Virus record (IMG/VR): IMGVR_UViG_3300013737_000003
Length of the DNA stretch: 64,000 nt
Reading direction: 5' to 3' (one strand)
Source: a virus
Shown here: piece after piece, positions 1-8,410 of the stretch
Layout of the letters: the number at the start of each line of letters is the position of its first letter
How positions within the stretch are numbered: the first letter of the stretch is position 1
Made by a program: the position numbers and the translations under genes
The notes under the pieces: generated by a model
The model's input: only the letters and a program-made list of their open reading frames with translations
Database searches by the model: none
Told to the model about the DNA's origin: nothing

Positions 1-1
1 G

Positions 2-1723
2 GTGACGTGCATGATTCCTGCTGTCATTGTCGAGGAGGGTATTGAGATGACATACAACCAACTGATCATACTGTGTGCCGCTCAGGCGATAGCGGCGATC
101 ATCGGCATCCTGTGGGGTGTCAAACGCATCCACAACATGGAGAAAGCAGCCCGTGATCTGATGCGTGGGTTCGACCAACTTAACACGTGGGACCTCATCG
201 GGCGAATGGAGCATTTAGAGCATAAACTCGGAGGCATGCGAGACAAAGCGTTCGCTCAGGCTACTAAGATCGGTGAGCTGGAGAACCGGCTGAGCGACCA
301 CATCAAGGTCTTTGACGGGCATGCCCGGAGTAATGATGAGTCCAATAATGTGTGGAGTGCGGTCACTCATGACTTGCGTCGGGATATAAAGGACATGTTA
401 GGAGAGAAAGAGGCTCTGCGGAAACTGACCGAAGGAACCAGCATTCGCATCACGCATGCGGAAGCGAAGCTGACCGCTGTCGCCGACGCTATTCGCGAAC
501 TCACGCCGAGTGTGAATGAGTTGACCGCGAAAGTGGCCACGCTTGAGACGCAGTATGATCAGCTCGATGTCAACTGCGAACACGTGCAAGGTCTCATAGG
601 CCGAGTCGGCCAACTCGAACTTGATGTGCCTCGTCTGCAGCAACAAGTCGAAGCAATCGACACGCACAAACTCCATGCCCACATCACCTCAGAGATTGCT
701 CGTATAGATGTGCGGGTCTCAGCAATCAACTCTAAGCAGAGCAGTCTGGAGAGTGATTTTTGCCGTGAGACCAAACTTCTCGATGAACGTATCTCAGGAG
801 CATACAAAGCCGCTCAGGAGGCCCATGTCGCAGCAGCCAGTGTCGGCAGCGAGGTGGAAAAGGTGCGTCGGATGGGGACCGTCAGCCCAGAAGTCGCCGA
901 TGGGTTCTCTCATCGGCTGTCCCGACTTGAGAACCAGATCGCAGCTCTGAAGCCAGATGGGTATCTGGCCACCAAGGAAGAAGTTCAGAAGATGGTACAA
1001 GAACTGTCTTACAACTTCGCAGGTGAGATGGAGGCAGGAAGGAAGAGGGACGAGAAGGCGATATGGGAAATTTTCAGCCGCCTGCGTAAGCTCGAACAGC
1101 CTTCCGCAACGCAGGTGCCTCTGAAGTCGCGACCGATTGATGATCTCGCCAAAGAGATGCTGAAACAGCAGCAGGACCAGTACATCGTGGTCCCTGCTGA
1201 CATGGGTCCTACGATAGAGAAGATGCTCTCGGGGCCTGATGTAACAGAGGCGATCGGGAAAGAACTTGGTTGGTCTTCCGACGAGTCTGTAGAATCGAAG
1301 ATGAACCTTCGAATCGCGGTCCTTGAAAAATTGGTGAAGAACGACGTCGCGAACCTCTATCAACTACAGAAGAAGGTCGACGACATCTGCAAGAACGTCC
1401 GGCACAAAGCTGACGAAGACACGCTGTTCGGCCACTTCGACAAGCGTATCATTGCCTTGTGTAACCGCGTAGCAAATATCGAGAAGCGACTTTTGGAAGC
1501 AGTCCCTCCACTACCGTCAGAGCCCCTCGTCGTATCGCCATCCGTTGATGAACGAAGGCAAAAGGACATATGGAGATCACTGGTCGAAATCAAGAAATTA
1601 GCCCGAGATACAAGAAACAATGAACGCCACCTCTCACGCAACAGCGAGGACCGGCTGGATCAGCTTATGGTTATCGCCGACTCGCTCCTCACTCGACTTG
1701 CCGGAGGGTCCAATGCTTCTTGA
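2..1723 (+). CDS. Long coiled-coil hypothetical protein (5' end at the window edge, start uncertain)
   Basis: 573-aa ORF, heptad-rich in L/E/K/R, one hydrophobic N-terminal segment. Confidence 0.6.
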   Translation: MTCMIPAVIVEEGIEMTYNQLIILCAAQAIAAIIGILWGVKRIHNMEKAARDLMRGFDQLNTWDLIGRMEHLEHKLGGMRDKAFAQATKIGELENRLSDHIKVFDGHARSNDESNNVWSAVTHDLRRDIKDMLGEKEALRKLTEGTSIRITHAEAKLTAVADAIRELTPSVNELTAKVATLETQYDQLDVNCEHVQGLIGRVGQLELDVPRLQQQVEAIDTHKLHAHITSEIARIDVRVSAINSKQSSLESDFCRETKLLDERISGAYKAAQEAHVAAASVGSEVEKVRRMGTVSPEVADGFSHRLSRLENQIAALKPDGYLATKEEVQKMVQELSYNFAGEMEAGRKRDEKAIWEIFSRLRKLEQPSATQVPLKSRPIDDLAKEMLKQQQDQYIVVPADMGPTIEKMLSGPDVTEAIGKELGWSSDESVESKMNLRIAVLEKLVKNDVANLYQLQKKVDDICKNVRHKADEDTLFGHFDKRIIALCNRVANIEKRLLEAVPPLPSEPLVVSPSVDERRQKDIWRSLVEIKKLARDTRNNERHLSRNSEDRLDQLMVIADSLLTRLAGGSNAS

Positions 1724-1994
1724 CCTCGGTATCATGCTGCTCGGCATCGCAGCAGTCATATTCTTCGGTGTGTTTGCAGAAGCCTTCGCATTCGGCTTCT
1801 GGATCACGCTGCTGGCCTACCGGGACTCGTGGGCTAAACTCCGCGAGTTCCACGGACTGAACCCTGTTGCGTGGTTCAAACAAATTCTGGTGTTCGCCCT
1901 GACGGTGCTTCACCAGATGTGGATGCGTATCGTTGACCCTGTTTACCAATCCCTGCCCTACCGTTCATGGAGAAGAGATCGTGACGAAGAGTAA
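1713..1994 (+). CDS. Small membrane protein
   Basis: GGAGG upstream of ATG 1713; two hydrophobic segments; start overlaps the previous gene's end. Confidence 0.6.
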   Translation: MLLDLGIMLLGIAAVIFFGVFAEAFAFGFWITLLAYRDSWAKLREFHGLNPVAWFKQILVFALTVLHQMWMRIVDPVYQSLPYRSWRRDRDEE

Positions 1995-3642
1995 CCCAAA
2001 CCTTGCTATTGGCCAGAAAGTCAGATTCGGTTGGTCTAAGCCGGACAAGCCGGATGCGAAGTGCTCATACGGCACCATCACAGGCATCTATGTCGACCCG
2101 GATGATGGTGTGAGTTACACCGTCAAGGAAGACTACAAACGAACCCGAAACACGATGGACACCGAGAAGTTGAAACTCGTGAGGGGGCCTATTACTCTGC
2201 ATGAATCCAAGGTGCGAGCCGACAACATCTATGTTGGTAAGCGAGTGGTGGCAAACTGGCCGGAGAAGAAGTGCTCTCGCATCGTCCGCGTCTACTGGTG
2301 GTACGACAACCATGTGCTGGTTGGGCCAGAGGACGTCGTCACAGACAAGCCACAAGCATACCAAATTGTCGATCGATCACAGCTCGAAGACCATAACCTC
2401 GTGTCGGTTCCTCCGGATCACCTCCTGTACGCCGGGATCATCTCCGCATTCGAGCTGATGTGCCAGTATGGTCTGGTCGGGTCAGAGAAGCTGGAGGACG
2501 TTGTTGAGGTTGTTAAAGCCTGTGGGACCAACGGTGCTCGTCGCGCCCTCAAGCAGTATGCTGCCAACAAAGGCTATGGTGCGTCACATACTCTGGCCGA
2601 AGCAATAAGGACAGAGCAGTGGGAGGCATCGAAGATACACACGATGGAAGTGCCGAACACGGCTGCTGAGAACGTGAAGCGATCCGGGGACATCGAGCAC
2701 GAAGCGACCAAGCAGCGGCCTGTACCTCTGCTGGGAGTATGTAACCTGCTCGGTGTTCCTGCCGGGATGTCTGGACTGACGACTCTTGAATTCAGGGTTG
2801 AGAACGGTCGGGTGCGTGAAGAAACTATCGACCTTTGCCACAAGCCTGATCCAATCAAACAGGGAGATGCCGTTGCGGTATCTCCTGATGGGAAGCCGCA
2901 TAAGATGAACCGAGATCGCGTTGAACAGGTCGCTAAAAAGATCGGTGTTCCTGTGGACGTTATCATAAACAGTGATGTAGTCACTATAATCAAGGAAAAC
3001 GTCGTCGTCTCTCAGACTACAGATCAGTTCATCTCTACCTTCGACTTCGAGACAAGACCTCCTTTGAACCCCTGCCAAGGGTACTCCAACATGACTGCGT
3101 CTGAGGCACAGGAGTTCATCAAAAGGAATGGAGGGGATACCTTCCCGGATGAGACCAAGGTCGCCTGTGGCGGTCCTCTTGTCTCTGCGAGTGTGGTGAA
3201 GGAGAAGGATGATCAGATCACTTGTTTAGTGTCTGTGATCCGAGCGAAGAATGAGCGGTTGGCCCAGCAGGGAGAGAAGATCAGTCGCCTCAACCGCGAA
3301 CTGAAAGCCGCAAAAGCACTCATCAACCCTTCGCCCGGCAGTGTTGTGACGACGGTCAACGAAGTCATCACTACTCACAACAAAATGATGCGGCTGCAAA
3401 CCGAGGTTGAACGACTGGAACATGTCGAGCGAAACAATCTGGCGTCGATTGATGCTGCTCACAAAAGAGAGAGTCGTGCTGTGGCCGAAGCAGACGCGGC
3501 GAGGAAGGAACTCCAGATTCACAAGAACCATGTCGCTCAGTTGAAAAAGGACCTTGCTGCAAAAGAGCAACAACTGACTGGTGTGCAGAGGCGACTCGAC
3601 ACGCTGGTCATGAACATCCAGAACCAGGTGAACAAGGACTGA
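1981..3642 (+). CDS. Hypothetical protein with C-terminal coiled coil
   Basis: Long ORF; GTG 1981 preceded by GGAGAAGAG; C-terminal heptads. Confidence 0.65.
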   Translation: MTKSNPNLAIGQKVRFGWSKPDKPDAKCSYGTITGIYVDPDDGVSYTVKEDYKRTRNTMDTEKLKLVRGPITLHESKVRADNIYVGKRVVANWPEKKCSRIVRVYWWYDNHVLVGPEDVVTDKPQAYQIVDRSQLEDHNLVSVPPDHLLYAGIISAFELMCQYGLVGSEKLEDVVEVVKACGTNGARRALKQYAANKGYGASHTLAEAIRTEQWEASKIHTMEVPNTAAENVKRSGDIEHEATKQRPVPLLGVCNLLGVPAGMSGLTTLEFRVENGRVREETIDLCHKPDPIKQGDAVAVSPDGKPHKMNRDRVEQVAKKIGVPVDVIINSDVVTIIKENVVVSQTTDQFISTFDFETRPPLNPCQGYSNMTASEAQEFIKRNGGDTFPDETKVACGGPLVSASVVKEKDDQITCLVSVIRAKNERLAQQGEKISRLNRELKAAKALINPSPGSVVTTVNEVITTHNKMMRLQTEVERLEHVERNNLASIDAAHKRESRAVAEADAARKELQIHKNHVAQLKKDLAAKEQQLTGVQRRLDTLVMNIQNQVNKD

Positions 3643-3646
3643 TACC

Positions 3647-4288
3647 GTGGTATCAAAGATACGAGTGTTGGTGGCGTGTGAATGCTCCGGCGTTGTTCGC
3701 CGGGCATTTAACCGGCATCCGGATGTAGACTGCTGGTCGAGCGATGTCAAACCGGCTGAAGACAACGACCCCCGTCATCTGAAGGGGGATGTGCGTCAGT
3801 GGCTGGACGATACTGCCTGGGACCTGATCATCGCCCATCCGGAGTGCCGGTTTCTCTGTTCGAGCGGTATCTTCCGTAACAAGAACGATCCAGCTCGGCA
3901 GGCGAAGACTGAGGAAGCCTACGAGTTCTTCATGACGTTCGCCCGGCTAAGATGCAGGTATTGCATCGAGAACCCGGTCGGGATCGTCAGCACCCGCTGG
4001 CGCAAGCCCGATCAAGTGATCCAGCCCTACCATTTCGGTGAGCCGGATTCGAAGAAGACCTGCCTGTGGTTGCAGGGCGTCCCTCTCCTGAGAGGGACGA
4101 AGTTCCATTTACCAGACCGCTGGATCGACGGGAAGCCCCGCTGGCGCAATCAGACGGACGCGGGGCAGAACAAGCTGCCCCCGGGCGTCGAACGCTCTGC
4201 AAAGCGTGCCAGAACGTATCCGGGCATCGCTGAGGCGATGGCCGACCAGTGGTTACCTGTCATTCGAAAAGAGAAAGGGATGATGTGA
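3647..4288 (+). CDS. Phage DNA cytosine methyltransferase-like protein
   Basis: N-terminal VLVACECSGVVRRAF, WDLIIAHPEC (catalytic P-x-C-like), IENPVG and KKTCLWL motifs typical of this small phage MTase family. Confidence 0.7.
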   Translation: MVSKIRVLVACECSGVVRRAFNRHPDVDCWSSDVKPAEDNDPRHLKGDVRQWLDDTAWDLIIAHPECRFLCSSGIFRNKNDPARQAKTEEAYEFFMTFARLRCRYCIENPVGIVSTRWRKPDQVIQPYHFGEPDSKKTCLWLQGVPLLRGTKFHLPDRWIDGKPRWRNQTDAGQNKLPPGVERSAKRARTYPGIAEAMADQWLPVIRKEKGMM

Positions 4289-4740
4289 TGAGTGTACGAG
4301 CGAAAATGAAAGTGACCAAAGTCGAACCGGCTGTCCACGAAGGAGATGGGCAGGGAGGGACTGTCTACCTGCATCCGGTGATCAGCGGTAGCCCCGAGAA
4401 TGAACAGTTCTACAAATACACGCCGGGAGGCAATCTCACGTTGAGCACCATCAACGGACGAGCGTTCGAACAGTTCCATGAAGGGGAGGAGTACTACATC
4501 GACATCTCGCGGGCCGGTGACTTCCCTTTGAGTGCTGCGGGATCAAGCGAGCGGATGTTGCAGTGGTTCAACTACGGACACCTGCCGTCGCATCTGCAGA
4601 AAGCATCCAAGCCGTTCTATGATCTGGCTCTGCATGTGATTGAAACGACTGATCCGGGACCAGAACGAACGGTCGCATTGCGAAAGTTGCTGGAGGCGAA
4701 AGACGCCGCTGTTCGGGCGAAGCTCAACCCCGGGTGTTGA
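4288..4740 (+). CDS. Two-domain phage protein; C-terminal HLPxHL...ERTVALRKLLEAKD helical hairpin (possible nucleotide sponge)
   Basis: ATGA overlap with the upstream gene; both halves resemble common small phage proteins. Confidence 0.7.
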   Translation: MSVRAKMKVTKVEPAVHEGDGQGGTVYLHPVISGSPENEQFYKYTPGGNLTLSTINGRAFEQFHEGEEYYIDISRAGDFPLSAAGSSERMLQWFNYGHLPSHLQKASKPFYDLALHVIETTDPGPERTVALRKLLEAKDAAVRAKLNPGC

Positions 4741-4768
4741 TACCGCACCTATTATTTTTTTTAACCGA

Positions 4769-4786
4769 AGAGAGAGAGAGAGAGAG
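4769..4786 (+). repeat. (AG)9 dinucleotide microsatellite, with a T8 run at 4755-4762 just upstream
   Basis: Directly visible; ends 7 nt before ATG 4794. Confidence 0.95.
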
Positions 4787-4793
4787 GGATGTT

Positions 4794-5264
4794 ATGAACA
4801 ACAAACAAGTGATATGGATGGACGGCGAGTACCGCATTGTGGACACGAGAAATATCCCGGTCCATCATGAAGTCACGGAGCACCGGCTCGGAGGAGGGGT
4901 GTGCAACACATTCACGACGATTCAGGCGATCGGTGCCCCAGGCACAGGCGGGGCCTGCGTGAGCTACCTGATCAGCTATCCGGAGAGGGAACCAATGATT
5001 CCCGGTGATGTTCCACGAACGTATCAGGTTCTGCAGTTCCAGAACGGCAACCCGGTCGAGGGGATCAATGGCATCACCAACGAGGCTCTGCTTGCGATCG
5101 TGATTGATCGTCTATCGATGTGGCAGGAGACCATGAATCGATCGCGAGAGAACGCTCTTGCGATCACTCACCTGCAGGAGGCGATGAACTGGCTGGCTCG
5201 CCGGACGATACTGCGATCCCGGGCAGGGGTCGAGGGTCAGCCAAACGTCCCGATGCCTTCATAG
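4794..5264 (+). CDS. tad1: Tad1-family (Acb2/Tad1) anti-defence cyclic-nucleotide sponge
   Basis: GAPGTGGA..SYLI, LQFQNG, NGITNEALLAIVIDRL, SRENALAITHLQEAMNWLARR..RAGVEG align with recalled Tad1 motifs (GPGGA, IKFQKG, LLEIVRDRL, SRENACALTHVEEALMW). Confidence 0.8.
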   Translation: MNNKQVIWMDGEYRIVDTRNIPVHHEVTEHRLGGGVCNTFTTIQAIGAPGTGGACVSYLISYPEREPMIPGDVPRTYQVLQFQNGNPVEGINGITNEALLAIVIDRLSMWQETMNRSRENALAITHLQEAMNWLARRTILRSRAGVEGQPNVPMPS

Positions 5265-6006
5265 CATCCAGAATCATCTGAGCGATATCATCGTCAGACC
5301 AATTGGGGTCGGCATCATTTGCCGACCTCATTGCATTGATATACTCATCCATCTGCTTCTTTGCGACAGCCGCGTGAGTACTGATGACTCTCAGTTCGGC
5401 GAGCGACCCGGCCAAATCTGGCCGGGCAACTCGTCGCGAGATTAGTTCAATCAACAGCCTCTTGCTCGGACTCACAGTCATTAGAGGGCTCCAGTTCTGC
5501 CTTCGCGAAAAGCCAGATGTTCTCGCAGATAGACGACTGCTCTCTGCCAGACAACATGTAGGGGCATTCACGCACACCAGAGGAGTGAACTCCACCCGGC
5601 AAGCGATTTTATCCTCTGTCATCGTCGTCTGCCACTCGGTCCCGTTCGAGTCTTCGACACAGAACTCGCGGTCCTTGGGTTCGTACTGGACGAACCTCTC
5701 ATGTTCAGACTTCTCATAACGGGCGTAGAACTCCATGTTCTCCATCAGTTCACGGATATGCTCCTCGTAACTTTTCTCAAGCGAGATCGGTGGTGCTATC
5801 GTGTAGTTGTTACCCACCGTGAGCGGAGACACCCAGACGTTGGCTGAGTACGAACCTTCAGCAGAACCCCAGTCGAACCCAACGGTCTCCGGCAAAGGCA
5901 AAGGCGGTGGCACTTGATAGATGTGCTTGGCGAACTGTTCGTCAAGTTTGACGCCGTACTTACGCATCAATTCGGCAGCACGACGACTTCGTTCTTCCAA
6001 GGTCAT
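5164..6006 (-). CDS. Hypothetical protein
   Basis: 280-aa ORF in a leftward gene string; 3' end overlaps tad1 by ~100 nt, so boundaries are uncertain. Confidence 0.4.
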   Translation of the reverse strand: MTLEERSRRAAELMRKYGVKLDEQFAKHIYQVPPPLPLPETVGFDWGSAEGSYSANVWVSPLTVGNNYTIAPPISLEKSYEEHIRELMENMEFYARYEKSEHERFVQYEPKDREFCVEDSNGTEWQTTMTEDKIACRVEFTPLVCVNAPTCCLAESSRLSARTSGFSRRQNWSPLMTVSPSKRLLIELISRRVARPDLAGSLAELRVISTHAAVAKKQMDEYINAMRSANDADPNWSDDDIAQMILDAMKASGRLADPRPLPGIAVSSGEPASSSPPAGE

Positions 6007-6015
6007 GGTCTTCTC

Positions 6016-6219
6016 CTACCAAGGCAGCTCACCGAGGTACTTGTGAACAATGTGGACAACTTTGAGAACGAAGTTCCAGTCAGACTCTGCTGGGTAGAGG
6101 CGAGAAGTAACGGTCCTGCCTCTGGACACAGTCACCAGATAGTCATCAGGCCCCGACTTCCTTACAACGCATTCGATGCCGCATTTACGCGCGGCTTCTT
6201 CAACTTGTTCCGGAGTCAC
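6016..6219 (-). CDS. Hypothetical protein
   Basis: GGAGG upstream; GTGA-type overlap with the neighbouring gene. Confidence 0.55.
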   Translation of the reverse strand: MTPEQVEEAARKCGIECVVRKSGPDDYLVTVSRGRTVTSRLYPAESDWNFVLKVVHIVHKYLGELPW

Positions 6220-6626
6220 TTCGGGCCTCCCGGCGGAGCAGCGTAAAGAGGAATCATCTTGCCTTTGCAGGTGCCGATGTCAACGCCTCGATAAGACACA
6301 TGCTCGGGCTGAGCTGTTTGCTCTTTGATGTCAGCGAAGTCGATCTTGCCGCATGTGCGGCACACCCATGCATACGGCGAGACTGGCTGCGTCTCCCGAG
6401 GGGTTTCAGCAAGGATTTGTTCAACCTGCTTAATGCAACCTCGCACTGTCAGCACGCTGTCTGCGTATACGTCCAAACCATCAAACCGTTTGCATTTGGC
6501 TTTCCAAAGATCGATCAGTTCCTGCAGCCTCTGTGATTGACTGACAGTAGAGTCTTGGATGCTCACTTCAACCTCTCCAACGCGGCTAGATAAGGAGCAG
6601 CGATGCGAGCGAGTTTTCGCTCGCAC
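6216..6626 (-). CDS. Hypothetical protein with CxxC
   Basis: ORF in the leftward string; WVCRTCG motif. Confidence 0.55.
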   Translation of the reverse strand: MRAKTRSHRCSLSSRVGEVEVSIQDSTVSQSQRLQELIDLWKAKCKRFDGLDVYADSVLTVRGCIKQVEQILAETPRETQPVSPYAWVCRTCGKIDFADIKEQTAQPEHVSYRGVDIGTCKGKMIPLYAAPPGGPK

Positions 6627-6820
6627 CGCCGCGAGATCAGGTACTCAAGGATTGTGTCGTGATGCAGGAAGTCGATCATGTCGTATCCGCACACCAACAC
6701 TGTCGAGACCGTCTCATTCGGGCTGATCTGGGTAGTCAATACTAATGAGACGTATCCCGACGACTCCTGGCATAGGGATGCTAAGATGTCCGACTTCTGC
6801 GACTCTCTGGAGTTGTTCAT
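6563..6820 (-). CDS. Hypothetical protein
   Basis: ORF only; overlaps both neighbours. Confidence 0.35.
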   Translation of the reverse strand: MNNSRESQKSDILASLCQESSGYVSLVLTTQISPNETVSTVLVCGYDMIDFLHHDTILEYLISRRCERKLARIAAPYLAALERLK

Positions 6821-7001
6821 CAGTCAGTTTCTCCGGGAACGACACAATCCCTAACGACTCATCTCTCTCATAGTCCGTTTGCATCTTGTCCGATGCCGGG
6901 GACAGGGTCTTGCGGAGCATCAGGTCGGCCAGCTTGCTGACCTCCCTCAGGCCCGCATGTCGGGCTACATTGATTCTGGCAATCAGTTCGTACTGGAACA
7001 T
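6714..7001 (-). CDS. Hypothetical protein
   Basis: ORF in the leftward string. Confidence 0.4.
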   Translation of the reverse strand: MFQYELIARINVARHAGLREVSKLADLMLRKTLSPASDKMQTDYERDESLGIVSFPEKLTDEQLQRVAEVGHLSIPMPGVVGIRLISIDYPDQPE

Positions 7002-7590
7002 CGGTCACGCCTTTCTCGCGTTCAAGCTGACTGTTGACGAGCCAGAGGATACTGTACCCTCCGAGATCGAGAACAGTCTCATCAATACTCTCTGCCACTT
7101 CAGCCCCGTTCTGACGGAGCTGACGAATGCGTCTCACCTTGTCACTCATGCGAGCGAGGATGCCGACAGAAGGAGATGCCGTTGGGTCGAGTTCAGGCGG
7201 CTCAAACACTGAGCTGCCGTAGTCTTTGTTCTTCTTCAGCAGAAGCTCAACCAGTCCGAGGCCGGTGTGGGCAATCCTGCACTGGATGTCACCGCGATCA
7301 CCGTCAAGGGCCTCCTCGATGATGTGTGAGACCGGCTTGTCGGCCAGACGGGTCGGAGGAGTCGATGGGTTGTATGGCACCTTGTCGACGAAGTCGGAGT
7401 AGATGTTGCGCGCTTCGTTGATGAGGTCGACGACGCGGTTATGGGCAGGACTCAACCCCCCTCCTTCCAGCGTCACATGCTGCATCACAGAGGTCATCCA
7501 TTTCTCGATCTCGACCTGTCGGTTGATATCTCGACGCCGTGACCAATCAATGTTGTTATTGCATCCCAGTCCCGTGCCCATGCTCTCCAA
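6868..7590 (-). CDS. Protein with DUF1599 (nucleotide-modification-associated domain 1)-like domain
   Basis: LLLKKNKDYGSS...GILARMSDKVRRI...ESIDETVLDLGGYSIL motif. Confidence 0.65.
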   Translation of the reverse strand: MESMGTGLGCNNNIDWSRRRDINRQVEIEKWMTSVMQHVTLEGGGLSPAHNRVVDLINEARNIYSDFVDKVPYNPSTPPTRLADKPVSHIIEEALDGDRGDIQCRIAHTGLGLVELLLKKNKDYGSSVFEPPELDPTASPSVGILARMSDKVRRIRQLRQNGAEVAESIDETVLDLGGYSILWLVNSQLEREKGVTDVPVRTDCQNQCSPTCGPEGGQQAGRPDAPQDPVPGIGQDANGL

Positions 7591-7769
7591 CTCCCGATAG
7601 AAATTCTTGATTCGATCCGATCCGGGTAACCCTCAACATGATAGATCACCCACTCACCTTCGCGCCGCAGCACACGTCGAGCGACTCCATTCGCATAAAG
7701 AACATCGCCCGCGACCGGGTCTGTCTGAGGTCTTCTCGGCTGCATCGTCCACCTCCGGGCGGGCATCAT
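7494..7769 (-). CDS. Hypothetical protein
   Basis: First ORF left of the operator at 7777; no motif. Confidence 0.35.
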   Translation of the reverse strand: MMPARRWTMQPRRPQTDPVAGDVLYANGVARRVLRREGEWVIYHVEGYPDRIESRISIGSWRAWARDWDAITTLIGHGVEISTDRSRSRNG

Positions 7770-7776
7770 CCCACAG

Positions 7777-7791
7777 TGACAGATTTTGTCA
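7777..7791. promoter_or_regulatory. 15-bp palindromic operator-like site, copy 1 (TGACAGATTTTGTCA)
   Basis: Matches four other intergenic sites; exact reverse complement of the copy at 8322. Confidence 0.75.
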
Positions 7792-7880
7792 ACACTGTTC
7801 TGTCAAGATCAGCCGTGAATTCGGACGGGGACTCGCGGGCAGGACCGGGCAGTCCGGGGCTGCCCGGGGAAGCCCGGGCA

Positions 7881-8224
7881 GGTGTCACAACACCCCGGCT
7901 ACCCCCGCCTCCCCTGTGACACCACCGTAAGTGACAACTCACGCTGCCGTGACACCTCTCACGATGTGAGGCTACCGAAGTGTGACACCATGCTGTTTGA
8001 AGGTGTCACGACAGCTCGACCCCCTGTGACAGCATAGAGCAGGCTTGACTGGTTTAGCAGCAGAATCCAGCGTGTCTTGCCAACCCTTCTCCTTATACCC
8101 CCTTTGGGGGTATAAGGATAAGGGTTTGACTGGCCACACCAGTTTCACCGACTATGCCAACCAAACCATAGCAAGAGAGAAAGGTGTCACGACATGACGG
8201 GGGTGGTGGCCCGGGGTGTGACAG
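7881..8224. repeat. Iteron-like GTGACA/TGTCAC cluster (putative replication origin)
   Basis: About nine GTGACA(CC) hexamers in both orientations (7883, 7916, 7931, 7949, 7982, 8004, 8026, 8185, 8218) in a gene-poor region upstream of the primase. Confidence 0.6.
8091..8117. other. Perfect 12-bp hairpin CCTTATACCCCC-TTT-GGGGGTATAAGG
   Basis: Directly visible; imperfectly extendable to 8082-8126. Confidence 0.85.
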
Positions 8225-8321
8225 CTTGTTTGGCACACCCGGTCATGTGCCCCGGGTGCCCGGGGCAATTCGATTGGTTTTTATTTTTGAAAAGCCTCCC
8301 TCCCGCAGCGGTGGCACCTTC

Positions 8322-8336
8322 TGACAAAATCTGTCA
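8322..8336. promoter_or_regulatory. 15-bp palindromic operator-like site, copy 2 (TGACAAAATCTGTCA)
   Basis: Upstream of the primase gene. Confidence 0.75.
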
Positions 8337-8410
8337 TCAATCTGTTGACAACCCTTTCGGTGCAAGTCATACTCCCGCCCCTCAACCCTCAACCCAGAAG
8401 AGATCGCAGA

